Assembly: GCA_003602535.1 (NCBI GenBank)
Contig: QQSA01000078.1
Location: forward strand, 4,405-68,404
DNA from: Candidatus Poseidoniales archaeon
GTDB taxonomy: Archaea; Thermoplasmatota; Poseidoniia; Poseidoniales; Poseidoniaceae
DNA: 64,000 bases
Reading direction: 5' to 3'
Part shown: piece after piece, positions 18,101-27,532 of the stretch
Numbering within the stretch: position 1 is the stretch's first letter
How the letters are laid out: each line of letters begins with the position of its first letter
Program-made: the position numbers and the translations under genes
The notes under the pieces: generated by a model
What the model was told of the DNA's origin: nothing
Seen by the model: only the letters and a program-made list of their open reading frames with translations
The model's database searches: none

Positions 18101-21100
18101 ATGGCCGAAGGTGTATTCTCCAAACTCGATATGGGTTTGCAGAAGGCACTAGAGGAAAGAAAGTGGACACCGACGCCAGTTCAAGAAGCCACTCAGGAAG
18201 ATATTTCCTCTGGAAAAGATCGTTTGGTTGTAGCCCCAACTGGATCGGGGAAAACGATGGCTGCGATGCTACCCTTACTGGATCGTTGTCTTCGTGAAGA
18301 GTGGACTGGTATGTCAATTGTCTACATTACTCCACTCAGAGCACTGAATAGAGATGTTGACCGCCGGCTTGAAGAAATTACATCAGCAGTAGGCCTACGC
18401 CTCGGATTAAGGCACGGAGATACATCTCAATCGGACAGAAACAAACATGTTCGTAACCCTCCAAATGTAATGATTACAACTCCAGAAACATTTCAGTTAA
18501 TGTTCACTGGTTCAAAACTAAGAGAATTATTACGTACTGTTAAGGCAGTAGTTGTTGATGAAGTTCACGAAATGGCAGACGGAGAAAGAGGATGGCAACT
18601 TTCAATTGGATTATCTCGACTCGAGGCATTCAAAGGCTCGAAGGTACAAAAAATCGGATTGTCTGCTACAGTAGGTAATCCTAAACAGGTTGCAAGATGG
18701 TTGTCAAAAGATGCTGAACCAATAAATGCAATCGCACCCCGGTCTACGAAATTAACAGTAGATGCTATGATTCAATTACCTGAAGACGAAATCGGCTCGC
18801 TAGAATTAGCAATCTCTCCTAGAGCGCATGCGACTTTGAGAGGGCTTGCCGATATAGTAGCAAAAAAACATCCTTGCTTGATATTTGTAAATTCAAGAAA
18901 TAGTGCAGAAACTGTTTCTCAGAGAATTCAGGCAATAGCTCCTGAATTAGAAATCGGCGTCCATCATGGATCACTTGCTAAGGAAACTCGAACCCAAATG
19001 GAAGATGAATTGAGAAGTGGCAAAATCCAGGGACTTGTTTGTACTTCAAGTTTAGAATTAGGTATTGATGTAGGTAGTGTAAATCATATCGTGCAAATTC
19101 GTTCGCCACGATCTGTCGATAGAATGTTACAACGAGTGGGAAGGGCTGATCACCGATTGGGTGGAATCGGAAGTGGCCATCTACTTGGTTGGGAAAGTGA
19201 TGATTTATTCGAAGCAGCCGTAATCGCTAGAAAAGCAGTAGCTGGAGAATTAGAACCTGTTGAATGGAGAGAGAGGCCTCTCTCTGTAGCGGCCAACCAA
19301 ATTGTGATGATGGTACACAGTCATGGAGCATTACCTATTGAAGCGATCACGGAGTCGATTGCAGGTGCTTGTCAATTTGAAGGATGGACTGACGATGATA
19401 CGATTTCAATTGGCAAAGTTTTAGCTGACAGATGGGTGATTAGATGTGAAGATGACCCCTCTCAGGTGCCTTGGTATCGATGGCCCCACGATGTATGGCA
19501 AGAATTAATGAAAACATCAGAAAATTCTCTTCCTGAACAACCTAAACTCGCATTTGATGAAGAACCGAGCGAGGATTTAGCTAAACTCAAGTTTGAGGTT
19601 CCCGCTCGATTCTCAAAGGGATGGATAAGTCGTTCCGGTAAAACGCGTCAATGGGTAACTAAGCACTTGTCTATGATTCCAGATAAACAATCATACAGAG
19701 TTCGTGATGCAGTGACTCGCAAAAGCCTAGGAAATGTAGACGAGGCTTTCGTTCTTTCACTAAACGATGGAGGGGAAGAGGCTGATGGAAGACAACGACG
19801 TTTCGTAATGGCAGGCCGAACATGGGTTGTTGTTGATGCTGACCCTGAACAAAGCGAATTGCTGGTAGCACCGGTTTCGGACCAGGGTCATGCTCCCCAA
19901 TGGGTTGGCGAACTACCTCCTACTCCGGCAGAAGTTGCTAGGGAATCTGGGCGTCTACGCCGCCTATTTGCAATTGACCTTGGACTAATCGAGGATGAAG
20001 ACGTTGAACAGATTGACCCTGCAGAATTACTTAGTGGTAAATCAACTATTGATGAATATCCTCTAAATGGGGAAGCAAAAGGAATACTGGCCGAAATTGT
20101 AACCTCGCATTTCAACTCGGCTGGAATGATTCCTAGCGAACGCTTAATCACAATCGAAGATCGAAGTGAAGCGATTGTTCTCAACTGCTGTCAAGGTAAT
20201 AGAGTCAATGAAGCGATTGGCCATTATTTGTTAGCAATGGCAAGTACGCGTTCTGGAAAATGGGGGCGATTGATTGTAGAGCCTTGTAGAATTTCATTGC
20301 AGATTGCAGGAGTTCGCCCTGCAGAATTGATTGAGTGGTTATCAGAAACCCCTCCTGAAGCATTAGAAGGTGTCCTATCTGTCACTCTTCCTAATTCTAG
20401 AGAAGTTAGATGGCGATTTGCTCAAATCGCCAAAATATTTGGAATTCTACGTCACGGAGTAGATCCTAGAAAAATCAACATTCAAGCACTGTTGAAGAAA
20501 TACCGAGGAACTCCAGTAATGGACGAGGTTTTGGGGAAACTTTTCCATGAAAGGATGGATGTAAATGGCGCAATGGATGTATTACGAGCGATTCAATCAG
20601 GACTAATTGGATTGGAAGTAACTGCTGCTGGACCATTGGGGATTTCTAGTCGTTCAGAAAAGGATTTACTTCTTCCAAATTTTGATAATCAACAAGTTAG
20701 GGCTCGCCTTGAAGGTCGATTGATGAATGAAAGAGCCGCCTTATGCTGCTTAAGATGTTCAGCAGTACGAAGATTTAGAGTCGCAAGATATCCAGAGATT
20801 AATGATATCAAGAAGTGTCTAAAATGTGGCGGCCAAATGTTAGCATGCATGCGCGAAGGTTTGGAGAAGCAATTGGTAGAATGGGTAAATTCTGATGATG
20901 AAAAAACCCGTGATCGGATGATGAAGAATGCTCAGGCTGTAGCAAATAGAGGCATGGATGCGATACTGGCATTGATGGGAAGGGGTATTGGCGAAGCCAC
21001 TTGTCAAAGACTAATGCGTAAGGTTCAGAGAGGAGATCTTGATGGTTTACTAGAAGCGATACACATCGCCGAAATTGAGTATGCAAGAACTCGAAGGTTT

Positions 21101-21109
21101 TGGGGTTAA
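18101..21109 (+). CDS. lhr: Lhr-family (COG1201) DEAD/DEAH-box helicase with a C-terminal 4-Cys zinc ribbon
   Basis: KWTPTPVQEATQEDISSGKDRLVVAPTGSGKTMAAMLPLL is motif I. ITPLRALNRDV follows, then VVVDEVHEM (DEVH box). Zinc ribbon near the C-terminus: CCLRCSAV...CLKCGGQ. Confidence 0.8.
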   Translation: MAEGVFSKLDMGLQKALEERKWTPTPVQEATQEDISSGKDRLVVAPTGSGKTMAAMLPLLDRCLREEWTGMSIVYITPLRALNRDVDRRLEEITSAVGLRLGLRHGDTSQSDRNKHVRNPPNVMITTPETFQLMFTGSKLRELLRTVKAVVVDEVHEMADGERGWQLSIGLSRLEAFKGSKVQKIGLSATVGNPKQVARWLSKDAEPINAIAPRSTKLTVDAMIQLPEDEIGSLELAISPRAHATLRGLADIVAKKHPCLIFVNSRNSAETVSQRIQAIAPELEIGVHHGSLAKETRTQMEDELRSGKIQGLVCTSSLELGIDVGSVNHIVQIRSPRSVDRMLQRVGRADHRLGGIGSGHLLGWESDDLFEAAVIARKAVAGELEPVEWRERPLSVAANQIVMMVHSHGALPIEAITESIAGACQFEGWTDDDTISIGKVLADRWVIRCEDDPSQVPWYRWPHDVWQELMKTSENSLPEQPKLAFDEEPSEDLAKLKFEVPARFSKGWISRSGKTRQWVTKHLSMIPDKQSYRVRDAVTRKSLGNVDEAFVLSLNDGGEEADGRQRRFVMAGRTWVVVDADPEQSELLVAPVSDQGHAPQWVGELPPTPAEVARESGRLRRLFAIDLGLIEDEDVEQIDPAELLSGKSTIDEYPLNGEAKGILAEIVTSHFNSAGMIPSERLITIEDRSEAIVLNCCQGNRVNEAIGHYLLAMASTRSGKWGRLIVEPCRISLQIAGVRPAELIEWLSETPPEALEGVLSVTLPNSREVRWRFAQIAKIFGILRHGVDPRKINIQALLKKYRGTPVMDEVLGKLFHERMDVNGAMDVLRAIQSGLIGLEVTAAGPLGISSRSEKDLLLPNFDNQQVRARLEGRLMNERAALCCLRCSAVRRFRVARYPEINDIKKCLKCGGQMLACMREGLEKQLVEWVNSDDEKTRDRMMKNAQAVANRGMDAILALMGRGIGEATCQRLMRKVQRGDLDGLLEAIHIAEIEYARTRRFWG

Positions 21110-22236
21110 TCTGTTTCAAGTTCCATTAAGTTAACACGCTCAACAGCCTCTACAACATCTCCTTCTTCCCACCAATCTACAGCGATAAATGTCGGCCTCT
21201 TGCCATGTAAATCAATGCATTCAATCGCTCTTTCAACCATGAAGTCAACATCATTTGCTTCACCTGCACGATTTGGATCTGACAGCCCGGCTTGATTCTT
21301 TAACCAATTATTCATATGGAATACAGGTTGATTTACATCGCCTCTTAATTTTTCACAATCCATCGAAGATGTATCGTCATCTGCATAATTTGTGGTCCAG
21401 CTATGGGTTAGGAAATCATGGAAGTAAGGGTGTGAAGAATCACCAGATTGTTCCCAAAATACAACAAGTCTCTTGTTCATGTTTATCATTTCAATCAAGG
21501 TAGGCCATTCAGAATTCATATCATGAATGTACATCATTTCGGATAATCCTACATCATCGAATATCTCTTTCAAATGATCTGGCTCGACATAGTTTTCAAT
21601 GAGTAGTGTAACCACATCTCTGTCTTCACTATTCATTTCAGATTCCAATTTATTTAACCAAGCCCAAGGGTCTACTGCGCCGTAGGTACAAGGGCTAAAA
21701 CCTCTATCAGAATCCCCGTGACAAAATCTGACATTTGAGAGACTTTGTTCGGCAGTTGTCAAATAATGAGTATCTAACATGAAGGCCCTCATTCCAGCAT
21801 TCCATTGTGCTTGGAATCCCGTGCGGTGATTGCTAGCAGGATAGTAGATATTGTCTTCATGAGTCGAATATGAATTGTGTGTTTCAGGGAATGTTACTTG
21901 ATCATAAGTACGATGGCAAAGAATTACCAATCCATTGCAAGGTATGGTTTCCATGTATTCGCATGAGTCGTCATCTTGTGTTGCATTAGAGTCATAATTC
22001 ATTGCATCAGAATCAGTGCATCCTAAAACAGGTTCAGGCTCATCGTACTCGCATGAACCATCATCCTCATTTGCTTCGGAATCGTAATTGTTAGCCTCTG
22101 AATCAGTACATCCTAAAATCGACTCTTCCTCCGATATTTCTTCGGCGTCCTTTCCCTTTGGAGCACTACTTGGCTCGTAAGTACAACCAGGAGCTAGTAG
22201 GATGAGCAAGGACATCAGTATAACATGTCCTCGCAT
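21106..22236 (-). CDS. Secreted lipoprotein-like PLC-like phosphodiesterase (PI-PLC X-domain-like), with two N-terminal Cys-pair acidic mini-modules
   Basis: MRGHVILMSLLILLAPGC is a signal peptide with a lipobox-like Cys. The catalytic-domain-like segment PETHNSYS...GMRAFMLDTHY...RFCHGD resembles the PLC X-domain S(S/T)HN(T/S)Y His box. LGCTDS(E/D)A(N/M)NYDS(E/N)A..DD.SCEY occurs twice. Confidence 0.5.
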   Translation of the reverse strand: MRGHVILMSLLILLAPGCTYEPSSAPKGKDAEEISEEESILGCTDSEANNYDSEANEDDGSCEYDEPEPVLGCTDSDAMNYDSNATQDDDSCEYMETIPCNGLVILCHRTYDQVTFPETHNSYSTHEDNIYYPASNHRTGFQAQWNAGMRAFMLDTHYLTTAEQSLSNVRFCHGDSDRGFSPCTYGAVDPWAWLNKLESEMNSEDRDVVTLLIENYVEPDHLKEIFDDVGLSEMMYIHDMNSEWPTLIEMINMNKRLVVFWEQSGDSSHPYFHDFLTHSWTTNYADDDTSSMDCEKLRGDVNQPVFHMNNWLKNQAGLSDPNRAGEANDVDFMVERAIECIDLHGKRPTFIAVDWWEEGDVVEAVERVNLMELETD

Positions 22237-22304
22237 GAAAACTATTCAGCAAACTTTGCATTTTAACGCACCGGTATTGCGTTTAGATTAAACATAGTTA
22301 ACAA

Positions 22305-22742
22305 CTAAATCTTACGAACTACAACTCCAGCTTCTTTGAACATAGCAGTTGAGGTATTGAAATCATCAATCCATCTATCAGGAATCTCGATTTCATCGTT
22401 GTAAATTACTTCTTTAATTCCGGCCTGTATCAATGACCTTGCACAACGTGAACATGGGGGCCAAGTCACGTAAGCGACACTACCTTTTAGTGAAACACCA
22501 ATTCTTGCTGCATGCATAATCGCATTTTCCTCTGCATGACATATTAGTGGGTACTTCAAATTCCTGTCATTCAATCGCTCTTCGTCATCATTAATTCCTC
22601 TAGGGAAACCATTGAAGCCAGTAGAACGGATTTCACGATCTTCTCCGACAATGACACAACCTACTTTGGTTGATGGGTCTTTACTCCATTGAGCAATATG
22701 ATTGGCTAATTCGATAAAACGATGGTCCCATTTGTTAGACAT
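22305..22742 (-). CDS. dCMP deaminase (cytidine/deoxycytidylate deaminase family). Likely start is the internal Met at 22742.
   Basis: CHAEENAI...PCSRCARSLIQAGIKEV is the zinc-binding H(A)E ... PCxxC signature of dCMP deaminases. Confidence 0.75.
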   Translation of the reverse strand: MSNKWDHRFIELANHIAQWSKDPSTKVGCVIVGEDREIRSTGFNGFPRGINDDEERLNDRNLKYPLICHAEENAIMHAARIGVSLKGSVAYVTWPPCSRCARSLIQAGIKEVIYNDEIEIPDRWIDDFNTSTAMFKEAGVVVRKI

Positions 22743-22776
22743 ATCCTCGCCCCAAGTGAACTGACTAACTTCACAT

Positions 22777-23937
22777 TCAAGAAAGTATGTCGGCATTTAT
22801 TCCCAAGTAGGAAAGGATATTTCCGCACAGATACAATGAACCAGTTACTACTATCAATTCAGTTTCTTCCTCAAAAGATTCGATTGCAACTGACGGCTTT
22901 TCGATGTGCTTAACCCCGGTTAGTGGCTCTTCAACACCTGGATATCGGCCGTTTTGAGGCTCAGTTGTAATTATTTCAACAGGTGGAAAAATTTTGATTA
23001 ATTCGAGCATAGGGGATAGAAAATCATCCATATTTTGTTGCGGAGATGTACCGAGTAGAAGAGACCATTTTTCAGGTAGTATTGCAGCGATTTCGGGAAT
23101 CGCCCGCCTCATGCCGCTAGGATTGTGAGCGGCTTCCAATAAGAAACTCGGTTCTCCTTCGATGTATTGCATTCTTGCAGGCCAAGTTATTGGTCTCCTA
23201 ACAAATGAATATCCAATCATCGCACACAACATTTCGGCTAAATCGGCGGCTTCATCCATGAAAGTTGATTTTTCAGGATTGTAGAATCTTGCACTAATTG
23301 CTTCTTCGCGCATTGCATTGCGTACTTTTGCACTACCCGGGTCTCTAATCAACATAGGAACTCCGGATCTCCAAATTGCGGCCTTTTCTTTAGCAACCTT
23401 TTCGATTGTATCTCCAAGTATGTCGCTGTGTTCCAGACTAATAGCTGTGACTAAACAACCTACAACATCTGCAGATCTAGTAGCATCTAAACGGCCCCCA
23501 AGTCCAGTCTCTAACACCATAATTGATACTCCTGCTTCTTTACATGCGATAAGTGAAACAAGGTATGTGATTTCAAAAAATGTTAACTCCATCGGCAAAT
23601 CTTGAACCTTTGAAAGTGCATTATCGAAATCATCGCTAGAAATTGATTTTCCATTCACTCTAACTCGTTCTTCAATTCGCACTAAATGGGGGGAAGAAAA
23701 CAATCCAACATTGTATCCGGCTCTAACCAAGCCGGCAACCATCTGTGCACATGCACTGCCTTTACCATTTGATCCTGCAACATGAATACAATCCATCGCT
23801 CTATCAGGGCGTCCAAGGGCTTCCAGTGCCTCATTAACCCGAGAGAGGCCAAGAGACATACCCTTCGATTTTGAAGAGTTTAACCACTCCCTCGCAGACA
23901 TCACGGTCATTGGCCCCGTAGGGGCCAGACCATCCAA
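22777..23937 (-). CDS. folC: Folylpolyglutamate synthase / dihydrofolate synthase (Mur-ligase family)
   Basis: IHVAGSNGKGSACAQMVAGLVRAGYNVGLFSSPHLVRIEERVRVNG is the FolC P-loop region (H.AGTNGKGS...G..VG..TSPHL...ER). Confidence 0.8.
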   Translation of the reverse strand: MDGLAPTGPMTVMSAREWLNSSKSKGMSLGLSRVNEALEALGRPDRAMDCIHVAGSNGKGSACAQMVAGLVRAGYNVGLFSSPHLVRIEERVRVNGKSISSDDFDNALSKVQDLPMELTFFEITYLVSLIACKEAGVSIMVLETGLGGRLDATRSADVVGCLVTAISLEHSDILGDTIEKVAKEKAAIWRSGVPMLIRDPGSAKVRNAMREEAISARFYNPEKSTFMDEAADLAEMLCAMIGYSFVRRPITWPARMQYIEGEPSFLLEAAHNPSGMRRAIPEIAAILPEKWSLLLGTSPQQNMDDFLSPMLELIKIFPPVEIITTEPQNGRYPGVEEPLTGVKHIEKPSVAIESFEEETELIVVTGSLYLCGNILSYLGINADILS

Positions 23938-23972
23938 TGATTAGAAAACCACCCTCACTCTCGGTATGAAGT

Positions 23973-26234
23973 ATGGGAGAGCCTGCCTCTGAGGACCACA
24001 TCAAGCGCGTAGAGCGTGAATTGGCTAAAGAAGACAGTCTTTTGGCCAATATGATTCAACAAGCGCCAGGAATGCTTGGCATGGCATTTATGTTTGTTAT
24101 TACAATCTTATTGGGGCTTTGGTTGCAGCCTTGGTTTGAATCTTCAGGATTGCAAGCATTCGGTGAATCTGGATCCACCCAAGCACGTTGGGTAGGACTG
24201 CAACTTGTAGCGATTTTTGCTTTCACATTCGTTATTCTTTGGCTAGCAAAGAATCATTTACAGCATGTAATCAAATATGGATTGCTATTTGTTCTATTCC
24301 TTGCATTGTGTTACACTACAGTTCCAGGAGCGCATATATTGTTGGTTCCAGAGATTGAAACTGAAGATTTTGAATTTACAAATTCGATCGAAATAAACGA
24401 GGATGTAGTCTCTTTCAATTCAGACGGAACTATGATTACAAATATCGCTAAGTGGAGAGTAGATAACAGCACTAACAACACATTTGAGATTTCGAAGAGG
24501 GCAGCAGATACAACACTTGAGTGGTCATGGGAAATTAATGCAATGCCAGGTGGCCCAGACATTAGAGTGATGGAAGGAGATTATGCTTATACTGCTACCA
24601 ATGGCGATTGGATTTGGTCTTTTGATAAAGAAACGGGTGAAACTCTTAGCAAATACGCTTGTTTTGATGAAGATAAATGGAATGGAACACAAGAAAGTTA
24701 TACTCCAATTACTGGATTGGAAAGCTGTTTTTCTGCTGTTGAGGTTATAGAAAATCCAGAGGAAAACAAGGGTGCCCTGTACATCATAACTAGCGGAAGT
24801 GAAATGGTTAGGATAAATACCTTCGATGGCGATGAGAATACAAACATGTCAATCATTCAAGCCAGATGGGAGATTACTCAGTTACAAATGAACAACCCCG
24901 GTGTAGAGGTCCTACACATGAGTCAGTATGATGAAGATAGTATTCTGTTTGCTACATCATTGGGAGCAACAATGATTCACTTAGAGAAAAATTCGAAATC
25001 ATATGATGGTCCTGGTTCGAAACCACCTAATTGGGTTGACTCGTCTACTACTGAATGGGTTTATGAAATTGAAAATCAAAATAATTTGACTACATTCAAT
25101 ATTGTCGAAAGTATCTGGGACGATGATGATCAATTGATTATGGCAGGATTTGAAGATGGTATGATTAAATCATGGATTATTGATGAGAATTATGAAGATG
25201 AAATGATAGCTCCAAATGAATACCTTGGCATATTTGAAGAAGAAGACCGTTTCAAAGGCGGTGATTCCTTCGAAGGCCCAATCAGTGCGATAAATAGTTT
25301 CGATCTCGATGGAAATAATGGCAATGAATTGTGGATTGCTGATGCTGATGGAATTCATGGATTATTCTATGAAAAATTAATCGAATACGCGACTTTAGAT
25401 ATCGTTCTAGATGGACACAGTCAGTTAAGTTCCAAAGACTGGGAGATTCAAGCAATTGGTGCAGGCACTTGGGAAGATAATCTCAGTATTACTCATTCAT
25501 CTGTGGTAATTGATAGTGGAGAATTTGATCCAGACACAATGTACAACTCATACGGCATACAATGGGATGATACAGCTTTCTTCTTAGGAATTGGACTTGC
25601 AATTATTTTGATGGTCGCATTGATTATTCGCCCTGAATGGTACGTAGTCAATACAGTTGGAGTGTTGGTTGGCGCTGGCGTGATAGTAATGTTAGGAGTT
25701 ACATTCGTTCCAACCCTGATTGTCATATTCATGGTTCTAGCTGCTATTTACGATGCTTGGGCTGTTTACCGCTCTAAGCATATGTTGGACTTAGCGGATA
25801 CAATGATTGGACTCAATCTACCTATTCTACTAGTCGCTCCACAAGAGAGCGGTTATTCTATGTTGGATGAAAAGAGTAGTATTCGACCACCAGAACAAGC
25901 TGAAACAAAAGTCGAATCAGTTGCTGCTGCACCTGTAAAGATGAAAAAGCGCAAGAAACCAAAAGAAGCGATGTTCATGGGACTTGGCGATGTCATATTC
26001 CCCGGAATGCTGGTCATCTCCTGTGTCAATTTCATCTCTAGTGGAGGATTGGAAGTCGGAATATCTGCATTGATTGGAGGATTGGTTGGCTACTTTGTTC
26101 TGATGGCCTATGTCGCATCTGGGAGACCTCAAGCAGGATTGCCATTACTGAATGGTGGAGCAATTCTTGGTTACATCATTGGTGGATTGATATTCGTAGG
26201 AAGTGCTGCATTTTCGTTCGGTATTTCGTTGTAG
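23973..26234 (+). CDS. GxGD-type intramembrane aspartyl protease (signal-peptide-peptidase/presenilin homologue, A22) fused to a ~480-aa extracytoplasmic repeat-containing N-terminal domain
   Basis: C-terminal TM block carries LAAIYDAWAVY (SPP YD(I/V)FWVF box), MGLGDVIFPGMLV (GLGD(I/V)V.PG box) and QAGLPLL (PAL-like). Spacing is YD -> GxGD ~55 aa -> PAL-like ~60 aa, as in SPP/PSH. The N-terminus has 2-3 TMs, then a large domain with repeated hydrophobic..DG/NG blades. Confidence 0.65.
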   Translation: MGEPASEDHIKRVERELAKEDSLLANMIQQAPGMLGMAFMFVITILLGLWLQPWFESSGLQAFGESGSTQARWVGLQLVAIFAFTFVILWLAKNHLQHVIKYGLLFVLFLALCYTTVPGAHILLVPEIETEDFEFTNSIEINEDVVSFNSDGTMITNIAKWRVDNSTNNTFEISKRAADTTLEWSWEINAMPGGPDIRVMEGDYAYTATNGDWIWSFDKETGETLSKYACFDEDKWNGTQESYTPITGLESCFSAVEVIENPEENKGALYIITSGSEMVRINTFDGDENTNMSIIQARWEITQLQMNNPGVEVLHMSQYDEDSILFATSLGATMIHLEKNSKSYDGPGSKPPNWVDSSTTEWVYEIENQNNLTTFNIVESIWDDDDQLIMAGFEDGMIKSWIIDENYEDEMIAPNEYLGIFEEEDRFKGGDSFEGPISAINSFDLDGNNGNELWIADADGIHGLFYEKLIEYATLDIVLDGHSQLSSKDWEIQAIGAGTWEDNLSITHSSVVIDSGEFDPDTMYNSYGIQWDDTAFFLGIGLAIILMVALIIRPEWYVVNTVGVLVGAGVIVMLGVTFVPTLIVIFMVLAAIYDAWAVYRSKHMLDLADTMIGLNLPILLVAPQESGYSMLDEKSSIRPPEQAETKVESVAAAPVKMKKRKKPKEAMFMGLGDVIFPGMLVISCVNFISSGGLEVGISALIGGLVGYFVLMAYVASGRPQAGLPLLNGGAILGYIIGGLIFVGSAAFSFGISL

Positions 26235-26244
26235 GTGATAGATT

Positions 26245-27528
26245 ATGTTGAGTATGGAATTGTTCCGAAGTGATGCGGATAAAATTCGTGCTGATCATGA
26301 TAAACGTGGTATTCCACATGACCGAATAAATCAGGTGATTGAACTTGATGAACAGTGGCGAGGAGCCCTCAAAGAAATGGAAGAGGGACGCAGAGAGCGA
26401 AACCTAGCTGCAAGAGGAATTGCAGACGCAAAGAAAAGTGGTGACAAAGATGCTGCTGCCAAAATTATGGCCCAAGTTAAGGACTTGGGAGACCGAATTG
26501 CTGCTTTAGATGAGAAAGCAAATTCACTTCTTGAAAGTAGAGATTCTATCCGGATGCGTATTCCTAACCTACTACATGAATCAGTACCGGTTGGAGAGGA
26601 TGAAAGTGGCAATACCCAGCACTCGCTACATGGCGAAAAGCCGGAGTTTAATTTTGAGGCACGAACTCACAATGAACTCATTGAGATGAATAAATGGGTC
26701 GATTTAGAAAGAGCAGCAAAAATTGCAGGAAGTCGTTTCTTTTTCCTAAAGGGCGACCTTGCACGGCTTGAATTAGCCCTCCAGACATATGCAGTTGATT
26801 TTCTGGTAGAACGCGGATATACCCTTGTACAGCCACCGGTAATGATGAATCGAAACGCCTACGAAGGAGTTACTGACCTCTCGGATTTTGAGACTGTGAT
26901 GTACGGAATAACTCCAGACCCATTGTACATGATTGCTACAAGCGAACATCCTCTCACATCGATGTATATGGACGAAGTTCTTGAGCCAAGTCTACTACCG
27001 ATTAAGATGGTTGGAGTAAGTCCTTGCTTCCGCAGAGAAGTTGGCGCACACGGTCTTTCCGACCGAGGTATTTGGAGAGTTCACCAATTCACAAAGATTG
27101 AACAAATTGTAATTTCTCACCCTGATGATTCATGGGATCACCACGAGGATTTGTTGAAGAATTGTCTTGATCTTTGGAATGCTTTGAATCTCCATTATGA
27201 GGTAGTAAACATCTGTACTGGAGATATGGGTACAGTTGCTGCTCGCAAGTATGACCTTGAAGCATGGTTGCCAGGAGCTAATGCATACAAGGAAATTGTT
27301 TCTTGTTCAAACTGTACCGATTATCAAGCTAATCGCCTAAGAATGCGTTACAGGACTAGTGAAGGTAATTCTGCAGTGCACACTCTAAACTCTACAGCAG
27401 TCGCTACTAGTCGAGCATTAGTAGCAATAATGGAACAAAATCAACTAGAGGATGGGCGAGTCAAAGTTCCAGATTGCTTGATACCTTTGATGGGTGGAAA
27501 AACTCATCTTGAGCCTTGCCAATGGTGA
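26245..27528 (+). CDS. serS: Seryl-tRNA synthetase
   Basis: N-terminal coiled-coil arm. Class II motifs: FRREVGAHG...RVHQFTKIEQ...GDMGTVAARKYDLEAW...TLNSTAVATSRALVAIMEQ. Confidence 0.9.
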   Translation: MLSMELFRSDADKIRADHDKRGIPHDRINQVIELDEQWRGALKEMEEGRRERNLAARGIADAKKSGDKDAAAKIMAQVKDLGDRIAALDEKANSLLESRDSIRMRIPNLLHESVPVGEDESGNTQHSLHGEKPEFNFEARTHNELIEMNKWVDLERAAKIAGSRFFFLKGDLARLELALQTYAVDFLVERGYTLVQPPVMMNRNAYEGVTDLSDFETVMYGITPDPLYMIATSEHPLTSMYMDEVLEPSLLPIKMVGVSPCFRREVGAHGLSDRGIWRVHQFTKIEQIVISHPDDSWDHHEDLLKNCLDLWNALNLHYEVVNICTGDMGTVAARKYDLEAWLPGANAYKEIVSCSNCTDYQANRLRMRYRTSEGNSAVHTLNSTAVATSRALVAIMEQNQLEDGRVKVPDCLIPLMGGKTHLEPCQW

Positions 27529-27532
27529 TTGA

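Noticed and set aside
18045-18317. Overlapping ORFs 18045..18317 (-) and 18082..18297 (+)
   Set aside because: They overlap the start of the Lhr helicase gene, whose frame carries helicase motifs.
22743-22796. Upstream extension of the dCMP deaminase ORF
   Set aside because: It overlaps the folC 3' end. The internal Met at 22742 gives a normal-length deaminase.
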